DNA from: Myxococcota bacterium
GTDB taxonomy: Bacteria > Myxococcota_A > Polyangia > Nannocystales > Nannocystaceae
Direction of reading: 5' to 3'
Length of the DNA stretch: 64,000 nt
NCBI GenBank assembly: GCA_039028615.1
Contig: JBCCHT010000044.1
Span: 37,815 to 101,814, forward strand
The translations under genes and the position numbers were made by a program. Positions 30,146 to 38,541 of the stretch are shown one piece after another (position 1 is the first letter of the stretch; each line of letters begins with the position of its first letter). The notes under the pieces are model-generated. The model had not been told where the DNA came from, did no database searches, and worked only from the letters and a program-made list of their open reading frames with translations.

Positions 30146-31210
30146 TTGGCGTGGAAGTGCAATTCCGGCTCATGGGATGCTTGCGTGCTGACTGCAATCC
30201 CGGCCACTGCATCCCTTGCAACGTGGCTCGCATCTACGGCACCGTCGTCGCCGGAAACGGCGGAGTTTCTGTGGGATGCGCCTGAAACGTGTCCGACTCG
30301 AGCGCAAGTCGTCGAAGACATCGAGCAAAAACTGGGAAGGGAGCTTTCGGAGCTCCAAAGTCGGCGGATTACGGTCATCGCTCGGGTTCAACGGGAGGGC
30401 GACACACAGTGGGACTTGCGGCTGTTCATCGTGACGCCAGAGCGGACGACGGAGCGGTCGGTGACCGCGGCCAACTGTGAAGACCTCACGCGTTCAGCCG
30501 CCGCGCTGACGGCGTTTACCCTGGACCCCGCGGTGGTGGGCGGGCAGTCGGCCGAGCCGCCACCCGACGAACCATCGAACGAGCCTCCCGGGCCCTCCGA
30601 CGAGGCCTCCATCGCAGAGCCGCCGGAGCCGTCGGAGCCCGAGCCGGAGCCCGAACCCACGCCGCCGAAGAGCACCGAGGCCCAGCGTCGGGCGTTCGCG
30701 GTCACCATCCATCTCCACGGGGGGGCCAGCATCCAAGCGCTGCCGAGCACGGCCCCCGTCGTCGGCGGCGGGGTTGGGCTTCAGTGGGAGCGGCTGCGGA
30801 TCGAGCTCGACGCAGTCCATGCGATACGCCGGGAACTGGCGGTCGAGGACCATCGCGCGCGTGTCGACCTCACGTTGGCCGCGTTGCGGGGCTGCGGGGT
30901 GTTTCACGAGCGCTCGGTCGAGTTTCCCGTCTGCGCGGGCTTCGAGGCGGGAGCCCTGCGCGGCGCGCCCGAGCCCGGGAGCATCGGCACCAGTTCGGGC
31001 AACATCCCTTGGCTCGCGATCGATTTCGGGCTCGGTCTGCGGTGGGTTCCTTGGTCCTTTGGTGCCGTTCGGCTCGATCTACAGCCCTGGCTGCGCCTGA
31101 GCGATTCGACGTATACGTTCGAGGAATCGGGCTCCAGCGAGGAATTTCCTCCCTGGAGCCCCGGCCGGTTCGGGCTGCGGTTCCTTCTCGGTATCGAGTT
31201 TCGGGTGTGA
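30146..31210 (+). CDS. Hypothetical exported protein: W-x-A-P-x-x-C-P domain, Pro-rich linker, beta-barrel-like C-terminus
   Basis: WDAPETCPT...NCEDL..SAA; C-terminal LRFLLGIEFRV; start uncertain. Confidence 0.7.
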   Translation: MAWKCNSGSWDACVLTAIPATASLATWLASTAPSSPETAEFLWDAPETCPTRAQVVEDIEQKLGRELSELQSRRITVIARVQREGDTQWDLRLFIVTPERTTERSVTAANCEDLTRSAAALTAFTLDPAVVGGQSAEPPPDEPSNEPPGPSDEASIAEPPEPSEPEPEPEPTPPKSTEAQRRAFAVTIHLHGGASIQALPSTAPVVGGGVGLQWERLRIELDAVHAIRRELAVEDHRARVDLTLAALRGCGVFHERSVEFPVCAGFEAGALRGAPEPGSIGTSSGNIPWLAIDFGLGLRWVPWSFGAVRLDLQPWLRLSDSTYTFEESGSSEEFPPWSPGRFGLRFLLGIEFRV

Positions 31211-31308
31211 TGCGCGGCTGCCACGCATCGGGGGCGACTCAAAAAATCTCGGGTGCCTCCAAGGATTCTCGAAGGTCCGACCACTAACCAGTTTGCGAGC
31301 CCCCGCCC

Positions 31309-31842
31309 GTGACTGCCCCCGCCCACGCCTGCACTCCGCCGCCCACCTTCCGGGAGGTCTACGAGGAGCATCTGGACTTCGTCTGGCGCATCCTTCGCCG
31401 GCTCGGCATTCCAGAGTCGGCACTGGAGGACGTCGCACAGGATGTCTTCGTCGTCGTGGCGAGGAAGCTCGAGACCTTCGAGCACCGCTCCTCCATGCGA
31501 ACCTGGCTGTTCGCGATCGCCACGAAGGTCGCGCTGGATTCCAAGCGCAAGCACAGCCGGCACACCCGGAAGCTCGTCGCGTTTCGGTGGCTGCGTAGCC
31601 AAGACCGCCACGATCCGACATCGCGACGGGACGACTTTCAACTTCTCGCTCAGCTGCTGGCGACGCTCAGCCCCGAAAAACGCCTCGTCTACATTCTTCA
31701 CGAGCTGGCCGGTCTGACGGTCGTCGAGATCGCGGCCGAAACGGGCGTCAACATCAATACTCTCCACACTCGCTTGAATAGCGCTCGTAGCCACTTAGAG
31801 GTAGCCGCTGCCGACTTCCTCAACCAGGAAGGAGCGGCATGA
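31309..31842 (+). CDS. ECF RNA polymerase sigma factor
   Basis: FVWRILRRLG...EDVAQDVF...RSSMRTWLFAIA; region 4 EIA..TGVNINTLHTRL..AR. Confidence 0.92.
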   Translation: MTAPAHACTPPPTFREVYEEHLDFVWRILRRLGIPESALEDVAQDVFVVVARKLETFEHRSSMRTWLFAIATKVALDSKRKHSRHTRKLVAFRWLRSQDRHDPTSRRDDFQLLAQLLATLSPEKRLVYILHELAGLTVVEIAAETGVNINTLHTRLNSARSHLEVAAADFLNQEGAA

Positions 31843-32747
31843 CGACGCCCAAAGAACTCCTCGATCGACTGAAGGAAGTCGACGCCGATAGCCCCGGTCC
31901 GTCCCCCGAGGTCCGGGCGCGGCTGCTCGAGGCGGTCGAACAAAGGGTCGCCGCCGAGGCGCAGGCATCGGGCTCCGACGCGGCCATTTCGCCTGCGAAA
32001 CGGCTCCTGCGGTACTTCATCGTGTCCGGGGTGGTCGTCGCTGCCGTGATCGGGATCGGGGTAGCCCTCCGATCCGCAGGGTCCTCGACCCCGACCGCAA
32101 CGGCCGCTCGCCAACCAGACGAGCCCCGTTCGTCGGCCGCGGCCAGTACCGTGGGGCCTGCGACGCGAAGCAGCGGTCACGCGGTCTCGGTTTCGGGTCA
32201 CGAGCGTCCGACTGCTCCACCCGTGGATGCGGAGGGGGCCGACGAAACTGTGCCTGAGCCCGTGCGGGTCGAAGAGGACATCGAGGGGCGGCCACCGACC
32301 AGGCGCGCACCGACGCAGGCGCGTCCCTTGGAGCGCCATCCCAAGACCGAGTCCGCGTCCGAGCATGGGCGTGTCCCGACCGAGCCTGATGACGAAAAAT
32401 TATCCGCGCCCCCGGTGTCAAAGGAGACGCCGACGACGGATAACCTTTATCAGAATGACGAGATTGCGCTATTCGATGCGTTTGGGGCTGCTCTTCGAGC
32501 CGACGGCTCGGAACGAGAGGTGCTCGCGCTCGTGGAGCTCCATCAACGGCTCTTCCCCCGGGGGCAGTTCGTTCCAGAACGCGTCGCTGCGAAAGCGCGG
32601 GCCCTTTGCCGACTTGGTCGGAAAACCGAGGGGGTGGCCCTCGCCCGCGAGTTCGGCCGCCGCTGGCCGACCAGCGGATCGCTCGAGGGAATCCTACAAG
32701 ACTGCAACCTCGAACGGGCCGCGGTGGTCGAAGATTCGGGCAACTGA
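31839..32747 (+). CDS. Putative anti-sigma factor (TM, disordered linker, C-terminal TPR-like domain)
   Basis: ATGA overlap with the sigma gene; one TM; H..LFPRGQF.PER....ALC.LGR motif. Confidence 0.7.
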   Translation: MTTPKELLDRLKEVDADSPGPSPEVRARLLEAVEQRVAAEAQASGSDAAISPAKRLLRYFIVSGVVVAAVIGIGVALRSAGSSTPTATAARQPDEPRSSAAASTVGPATRSSGHAVSVSGHERPTAPPVDAEGADETVPEPVRVEEDIEGRPPTRRAPTQARPLERHPKTESASEHGRVPTEPDDEKLSAPPVSKETPTTDNLYQNDEIALFDAFGAALRADGSEREVLALVELHQRLFPRGQFVPERVAAKARALCRLGRKTEGVALAREFGRRWPTSGSLEGILQDCNLERAAVVEDSGN

Positions 32748-32761
32748 GGAGTAGGCTGAGC

Positions 32762-33721
32762 ATGTTCAAATCCGTCGCCACCATCGCGTTCGTGCTGGCC
32801 AGTGCCAGCAACGGCCCCTCTTCGTGTTGCCATGCCACCATCGTCTTCGAAGGCGCAGAGTCTCAGACGACGGGCGGAGAAGACACCACGTCCTCGTCGA
32901 CCTCGGGGGTCGACGACACGTCCGCTGCGACAACAGAAGACATCGTGCCCGAGTGTGGCAACGAGGTGGTCGAAGCGGGAGAGGACTGCGATGGTGGGCC
33001 CTGTTGTTCCGACTGCGTGTTCGAGGCGGCGGGCGTCCCGTGTGACGAGGAGTTTCTGGACTACCGCTGCTGGGAGGGGCTCTCGCTCCAGCCGGATGAA
33101 ATCGACGTCTGCAATGTCCAACCGCTTTGTGCGGGGGACAGCGCCGACTGTGATCCAGAGTCGGCGGCAACCGAGGTCTGTCGGGACCACCAGACCTGTG
33201 AACTCTACGAGTCCTGCGAACAGGGCGTCGCTGATTGCCAGTGCATTGCCGAGACTCTGTGGGAGCCCGATGCCCGGTTGGATCGCATTGAAGAAGGGTG
33301 GGACTACGACGACGGGGCTCGAGTCCCGTGGGCGCTGACCCCGATGGAACTCGAGGTCTCCGAGGGGTTTTCTGCGGGAAGCATCCTCGTCCGGGCCTGC
33401 AAGGGCGAGACTCCGAGCTCTCCGTTCCAGGAAGACGTCTATCTGTATTTCGAAGGCCTCGACGGCACCGTGCTCTACGACGGGATGCTCCCTCGTACCG
33501 ACACCGATTGCACCGAGAGAGTCGAGCTACAACCCTTCGAGGACTTCGAGCAAGGGGAGAACTTCGGTGGCTGGTGGACCGTGGTGTCGCCCTACGAATA
33601 CCAGTGGCACTGGACCCATGAGTGTTGGCGATTTCCGGGCTGGGAGTTCGACCCCTGGGGCTACTGCTGGCGGAGCTTCGGCATACCGACGATGGAACGT
33701 ACCTGCCTCCCTGCCGAGTAG
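32762..33721 (+). CDS. Secreted Cys-rich protein with disintegrin-like region and shared C-terminal domain
   Basis: RBS gaggag; signal-like N-terminus; CGNEVVEAGEDCDGGPCC...; ends GYCW...MERTCL. Confidence 0.75.
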   Translation: MFKSVATIAFVLASASNGPSSCCHATIVFEGAESQTTGGEDTTSSSTSGVDDTSAATTEDIVPECGNEVVEAGEDCDGGPCCSDCVFEAAGVPCDEEFLDYRCWEGLSLQPDEIDVCNVQPLCAGDSADCDPESAATEVCRDHQTCELYESCEQGVADCQCIAETLWEPDARLDRIEEGWDYDDGARVPWALTPMELEVSEGFSAGSILVRACKGETPSSPFQEDVYLYFEGLDGTVLYDGMLPRTDTDCTERVELQPFEDFEQGENFGGWWTVVSPYEYQWHWTHECWRFPGWEFDPWGYCWRSFGIPTMERTCLPAE

Positions 33722-33950
33722 ATATCTGACACCGAATTCTCCCGTTTGATTCGACCGTAGATTCACCACCCATACGCACTAGGCCACATCACAGAATCGA
33801 TCGGTGGGGCGGCGAGGGACTTGCGCGAGCTCGTCGCGCGCTGTCGCCGAGACACGGCCAGGACGCGACCCGTCGCGGGTCGTGAGTGCACACCTGCGTC
33901 CTCTTCACGCACCGTTCCCGAAACAGATCTGCTTCCAAAGGAGCCCAACG

Positions 33951-35003
33951 ATGAAACCCGAGTCGCTACGAACCCAACTCCCGCACCAGACTCCGTCCAC
34001 GACCCTGCCCATGCGATCCACACCCCGCTGGACTCGCCGCCTCAGCGCGCTCGGCCTCGTCGCTCTGGCCCTCGGGACCGGTTGCGATGAAGAGCCAGCG
34101 GCCCCCGGCTACGAGCCCGCGCCCGAGAAGTACGCGGCGTTGCCCGACGATGGCCCGGTCGATCTCAGCATCCCGCCCGATGCCATCCTCGCGGGCGAAG
34201 TTTGGGTCGAGGTCGACCTGGGGCAGTCCCGCCGCTTCGTGCTGACCAAAGAAGCGGGCAAGCACTACACGATCGGGCTGTCGCAGCTCGACGCGGACCT
34301 CGACTTGTTCGGGCATTGGCTGCCCGACGTGTCGCGGTCGGTCTACCAGTTCGTATCGTGGGCCTTCGCGATCGAAGACGAGCAGATCGATTTCACGGCG
34401 AGCGAGGACGGTGATTACTACATCGCGGTGCACGGGTACGAGCGCGGGCGGGGTCTGCTGCAGGTCTACGTCAGCGAGCCGACGGTCGGCGAAGACGAGG
34501 TGATCTGGCCGGTCGAGTGGGGGGCGGACGAGGCCGGCGACTGGGACCTGCTCGCGGGGGGGCTCGACTGGCTCGAGCGCTATGACTACGGAGCGGGGTG
34601 CGGGCTGACCCATCACCCGGGTATCGACATGAACCATGGGCAGGGGCCGTACGGGGACCTGGGGCTCCCGATCGTGGCGGTCTCCGACGGGGTGGTCAGT
34701 GGAGTCGGTCGCGATCACCCGGGGTGGGGCAACGTGGTGACGATCGAGCACACGCTGTCCAACGGGGTGCAGTTCGAGTCTCTGTATGGCCACGTGGACG
34801 ACATCGAGGTGGAGGAAGGCCAGAGGGTGGGGCAAGGCCAGCGCATCGCTTCGGTCGGCGCTCCGCCGACGTCGACTCCGCATCTGCACTTCGAGATCCG
34901 TCGGAACTTGGGCCTGGGGACGTTCAGCTTCCCGTGCGGAGCCCAGCCGTACACGGTCGAGGAAGCCTACGATGACCCGAAAGAGTTCATTCGCCGCCAT
35001 TAG
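33951..35003 (+). CDS. M23 metallopeptidase lipoprotein with PPC-like domain
   Basis: RBS aaggag; lipobox GTGC; DADLDL...EQI.F.A..DGDYYIAVHGY (PPC); HHPGIDM, GWGNVV.IEH, YGHV, PHLHFEIR. Confidence 0.9.
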   Translation: MKPESLRTQLPHQTPSTTLPMRSTPRWTRRLSALGLVALALGTGCDEEPAAPGYEPAPEKYAALPDDGPVDLSIPPDAILAGEVWVEVDLGQSRRFVLTKEAGKHYTIGLSQLDADLDLFGHWLPDVSRSVYQFVSWAFAIEDEQIDFTASEDGDYYIAVHGYERGRGLLQVYVSEPTVGEDEVIWPVEWGADEAGDWDLLAGGLDWLERYDYGAGCGLTHHPGIDMNHGQGPYGDLGLPIVAVSDGVVSGVGRDHPGWGNVVTIEHTLSNGVQFESLYGHVDDIEVEEGQRVGQGQRIASVGAPPTSTPHLHFEIRRNLGLGTFSFPCGAQPYTVEEAYDDPKEFIRRH

Positions 35004-35637
35004 CGGCCTGTTGCTCTTAGCGTGCGCGCCAGAATCCGAGCGTGGATTCATCGAGATCGAGCCCCATCGCGCGAGCTTTGCCCACGACTTGAGGACCTCC
35101 GATGCAGATGGTGGGCCGGCCAGGTCAATCACGCCCTGGCCGGCGGGCGAGATTACCTTCGCGTTCTTGGGTGAGACGCCTGGGCTCGATGTGTACCGCT
35201 TTCGCGAGGAAGCGCGAGCGGGTTTGCTGGAGTGGCAGAAGGCTACGAGCCGCCGGGTGGTGTTCACCGAAATGGAAGACCCGCTGCAGGCAAGTGTATT
35301 GATCTCGTTTCGCCCCGGGGATCACCAAGGGGATCGAGACTGCGGCGATCAGTTCACGAATCCGGCTGAGACCGTCGCTCACGTATTCACCTACGACCAA
35401 GACTGCCAGGCGGGGGTGATTCACCTGAATCAAGACCTCGACTGGGTGATGAACGGAAGCGGTGCCCCCGGCACCTACGACGTTCGCTACGTGATTTTGC
35501 ACGAAGTGGGGCATCTGTTGGGGCTGCCTCACCATCTCGAGCCCGGTCACATCATGCACACCGACTACATGGGCGCTGTTCGAACTCTCACCGAAGAAGA
35601 AGGTCAAGATGCCGTCGCTGCACTCGGAGAAACCTAG
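34972..35637 (+). CDS. Matrixin (M10A-like) zinc metalloprotease lipoprotein
   Basis: Lipobox LLAC; AHVF, GVIHLN, HEVGHLLGLPH (HExxHxxGxxH), Met-turn HIM. Confidence 0.9.
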   Translation: MTRKSSFAAISGLLLLACAPESERGFIEIEPHRASFAHDLRTSDADGGPARSITPWPAGEITFAFLGETPGLDVYRFREEARAGLLEWQKATSRRVVFTEMEDPLQASVLISFRPGDHQGDRDCGDQFTNPAETVAHVFTYDQDCQAGVIHLNQDLDWVMNGSGAPGTYDVRYVILHEVGHLLGLPHHLEPGHIMHTDYMGAVRTLTEEEGQDAVAALGET

Positions 35638-37000
35638 GTCTGGAACGCCATCGTCCTCGTACGCGTACTCGTTGATGATCGCCGTCGTGCTGGCGGCCGG
35701 GGCTTCGCTTCATTGTGGGCCGGATGCCGCGGTGCCGAGGTGTGGCGATGGAATGATCAATACACCGGAAGAGTTCTGCGATGGCGACGAGTATCGCGGC
35801 GAGGGGACCTGTCGCAGCTACGATTTCGTTCGCGGAGCCCTTAGTTGCGACGAGAGTTGTCGGGTGAGCACCGAGAACTGCGAATCGGGCTTGCCTCCCG
35901 GGACAGACCCGGTTTGCGGCAATGGAATCTTGGAGCCGGGCGAGGAATGCGACATCGACCCGCCGACGGGAGGAGACTGCGAGGACCTGGACTTGGGCAT
36001 GGGCGACACCACGTGCTCCGCCTTCTGCACGATCGACACCAGCAACTGCAACGACTCCGGCTCCAGCCCCATCTGTGGCGACGGGCAGTGCTCGGCGACC
36101 GAGAGCTGCGGGGGATGTCCCGAGGATTGTGGCTCGTGTACGGATATCTGCGGCGACGGGCAGTGCACGGCGGGCGAGAGCTGCGAACTGTGCCCCTTCG
36201 ACTGCGGCACCTGCGATAGCTGCGGCAATGATCAATGCGACGCGGGGGAGAGCTGCAACACGTGTACGATCGACTGTGGGCAGTGCGAGCACTGCGGTGA
36301 CGGGCTGTGCAATCTCGGGGAGACCTGCGACAGCTGTGCACAGGACTGCGGTTCGTGCTGCGGCGACGGGGTCTGCAACTTCGGGGAGAGCTGCAGCAGC
36401 TGTCAGCAAGACTGCGGCTCGTGCTGCGGCGACGGGCTGTGCAACTTCGGGGAGAGCTGCAGCGGCTGCCAGCAAGACTGTGGTTCGTGCTGCGGCGATG
36501 GTTCGTGCAACTTCGGGGAGACGTGCAACAGCTGCCAGCAGGACTGCGGCGCATGCCCCTGTCCCGCGGCGAACTACTGGAGTCCGACGTCGGACCTGAG
36601 CTCGGACTCGCTGGGCGATGAGGACGACGGCCAGATCGAAGTGGAGATCGAGGTCGAGGTGCGACAGGCCGGGCAGGGGCTCGAGTTTCGCGTCTGCAAG
36701 CCCGGCGACATCTTCCAGGAGAACATCGCGTTTTACATCTACGACGACAACGGCAACGGGGCCTATGCCGAGGTCGGCGACCTCGGGACGCAGGACAGCT
36801 CGTGCTCCGTGTGGGTCGGGATGTCGAATGACAACGGCTACACCGAGGGCGAGACGTTCAACGGCCGATGGCAGCTGGTGTCGCCCGAGAGTGTTGCCGG
36901 CCAGTGGTCGTTCCCGGACAACGGCTGCGCCGTCGCACCTGGAGTGCAGGGCGCGTGCTGGACCGGTTCCAACGTGATCCTCACCCGCACCTGCCTGTGA
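35609..37000 (+). CDS. Cys-rich repeat exported protein with shared C-terminal domain
   Basis: Hydrophobic segment plus Cys; CGDG.C..GE.C..C..DCG.C repeats; ends GACW...LTRTCL. Confidence 0.85.
   Translation: MPSLHSEKPRSGTPSSSYAYSLMIAVVLAAGASLHCGPDAAVPRCGDGMINTPEEFCDGDEYRGEGTCRSYDFVRGALSCDESCRVSTENCESGLPPGTDPVCGNGILEPGEECDIDPPTGGDCEDLDLGMGDTTCSAFCTIDTSNCNDSGSSPICGDGQCSATESCGGCPEDCGSCTDICGDGQCTAGESCELCPFDCGTCDSCGNDQCDAGESCNTCTIDCGQCEHCGDGLCNLGETCDSCAQDCGSCCGDGVCNFGESCSSCQQDCGSCCGDGLCNFGESCSGCQQDCGSCCGDGSCNFGETCNSCQQDCGACPCPAANYWSPTSDLSSDSLGDEDDGQIEVEIEVEVRQAGQGLEFRVCKPGDIFQENIAFYIYDDNGNGAYAEVGDLGTQDSSCSVWVGMSNDNGYTEGETFNGRWQLVSPESVAGQWSFPDNGCAVAPGVQGACWTGSNVILTRTCL
36293..36556 (+). repeat. 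Four tandem 66-nt repeats (22-aa, 6-Cys unit), with three diverged copies upstream from 36074
   Basis: Units start at 36293, 36359, 36425, 36491: CGDGxCNxGExCxxCxQDCGxC. Confidence 0.92.
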
Positions 37001-37026
37001 ACCCCGAGCCTCTCGCGCGTCCCACG

Positions 37027-37707
37027 ATGTCATTTCCCTCCCAAGATCTCGAGCCCCATGTTCTTCGCGCCGCCACCATGGATCGCTCGGGATCGGCGTT
37101 CGAGAAGCTCTATGCGCACTACTCCGGCCGCGTTCGCTACGCGGTCGCTCGCGCGGCCCATCGACGGCGACACAGCCGAGATGTCGACGAACTCAACCAA
37201 GAAGTGTGGTTTCGGCTCCTGGACCATGGCTGCGTGCTGCTGCGGCGCCACGATCCACGGCGGGGGCGTTTTGGCCCGTTCATCAGCACGGTGGCGTACC
37301 AGCAAGCACTCAAGGCGATCGAGCGGTACGAACGGCAGCTGCCGGGACGGGGCGCGAAGGCCAACAGTGAGACGTTGGTCGATGACGAATCTCTGCGCTT
37401 TGTGGACCAAATCATCGACGAAGAGCTGTTCGGAAAGCTCCTGTCGCGGATCGACGTCGACCTGACGGAGCGCGAGCGAGTCCTCGTCCGGCAACTGCAC
37501 ATCGAGCAGAGGAGTTCTCGTGCGGTGGCCCAGCACCTCGGGATCAGCGAGAACGCGCTGTACAAGCGGAACGAGCGTCTTCGCAAGCGACTGAGCCGCG
37601 TGCTCGAAGACTTGCTCGGGAGCCGCGGACCGAGGTTCCTCGATGAGGCGGGGTCGCACGTGCAATTGACCAGTGTGGATCGGAGCGCGACTCCTCCCGC
37701 CGAGTAG
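37027..37707 (+). CDS. ECF-type sigma-70 factor
   Basis: FEKLYAHY...DVDELNQEVWFRLL...DPRRGRF; LTERER...VAQHLGISENALY...RLRKRL. Confidence 0.85.
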   Translation: MSFPSQDLEPHVLRAATMDRSGSAFEKLYAHYSGRVRYAVARAAHRRRHSRDVDELNQEVWFRLLDHGCVLLRRHDPRRGRFGPFISTVAYQQALKAIERYERQLPGRGAKANSETLVDDESLRFVDQIIDEELFGKLLSRIDVDLTERERVLVRQLHIEQRSSRAVAQHLGISENALYKRNERLRKRLSRVLEDLLGSRGPRFLDEAGSHVQLTSVDRSATPPAE

Positions 37708-37801
37708 CGAGTTTCAGCGGTGAACCGGTCGGGTCCGGCGTCTCGAGGCTTCCGCGGTCCCGACCGCCACGGCCTCCGCGCCCGTGCTAGACCCTCAAAC
37801 C

Positions 37802-38488
37802 ATGAGCGAGCCGCTGCCCGTCGTCCCCGCGCGTGAAGGCTACGATCGTTGGGCGCCCGCCTACGACGCCTACGACAACCCGCTCATCGCTCTGGAAGAA
37901 CCGGTGGTCACAGCGCTGTGCGGCGACGTGACCGGCCGTCGGATCGCGGACATCGGCTGCGGCACGGGCCGACACGCGCTGCGCCTGGCGGCGGCCGGGG
38001 CCGAGGTCACGGCCGTCGACTTCTCCTCGGGGATGATGGACGCGCTGAAGGCCAAGGGACTGCCGTCGGGACTGCGGCTGGTCGAGCACGATCTACGGAC
38101 CGGCATCCCGCTGCCCTCCGACCACTTCGACCTCGCGCTGAGCTGCCTGGTGCTCGAGCACGTCCCCGATCTTCGCGCCACGATCGCCGAGCTGGGCCGG
38201 ATCTGTCGCCCCGGCGGCCGGGTCATCGTGACCGATCTCCACCCCGAGTGGACCCGTCGCGGCCTGCACGCACGGTTTCGCGAGGCAAAGGGGGCGGCGA
38301 AGATCCAGATCGAGGGGGAGCACCATCGGATCTGCGACTACGTGATGGCGGGGGTCGCAGCGGGCCTGGAGCTGGAAGAGATCGACGAGCGAGCCATGGA
38401 CGAGGCGACGGCGGCGGGGTCGGCCAGCGCCCAGAAGTATCGCGGGGAGCCGCTGCTGTTGTCCGTGGCGTGGCGTCGACCGCTCTGA
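37802..38488 (+). CDS. Class I SAM-dependent methyltransferase
   Basis: GYDRWAPAYD, ADIGCGTGR, VDFSSGM, LVLEHV, PGGRVIVTDLHP. Confidence 0.9.
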   Translation: MSEPLPVVPAREGYDRWAPAYDAYDNPLIALEEPVVTALCGDVTGRRIADIGCGTGRHALRLAAAGAEVTAVDFSSGMMDALKAKGLPSGLRLVEHDLRTGIPLPSDHFDLALSCLVLEHVPDLRATIAELGRICRPGGRVIVTDLHPEWTRRGLHARFREAKGAAKIQIEGEHHRICDYVMAGVAAGLELEEIDERAMDEATAAGSASAQKYRGEPLLLSVAWRRPL

Positions 38489-38541
38489 GGCGGCACGCGT
38501 GGTTCTTTGCGTCCCGGTGGCATCCCATCGGGCGACGAGCG

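Noticed and set aside
36074..36556. Possible CRISPR array
   Set aside because: Contiguous in-frame coding repeats without unique spacers; no cas genes
24507..37707. Prophage, ICE or transposon as carrier of the island
   Set aside because: No integrase, transposase, phage structural gene or flanking direct repeat found by eye
37849..38541. N-terminal extension of RecD2 in the ORF track
   Set aside because: Overlaps the methyltransferase in another frame; RecD2 similarity begins after 38542
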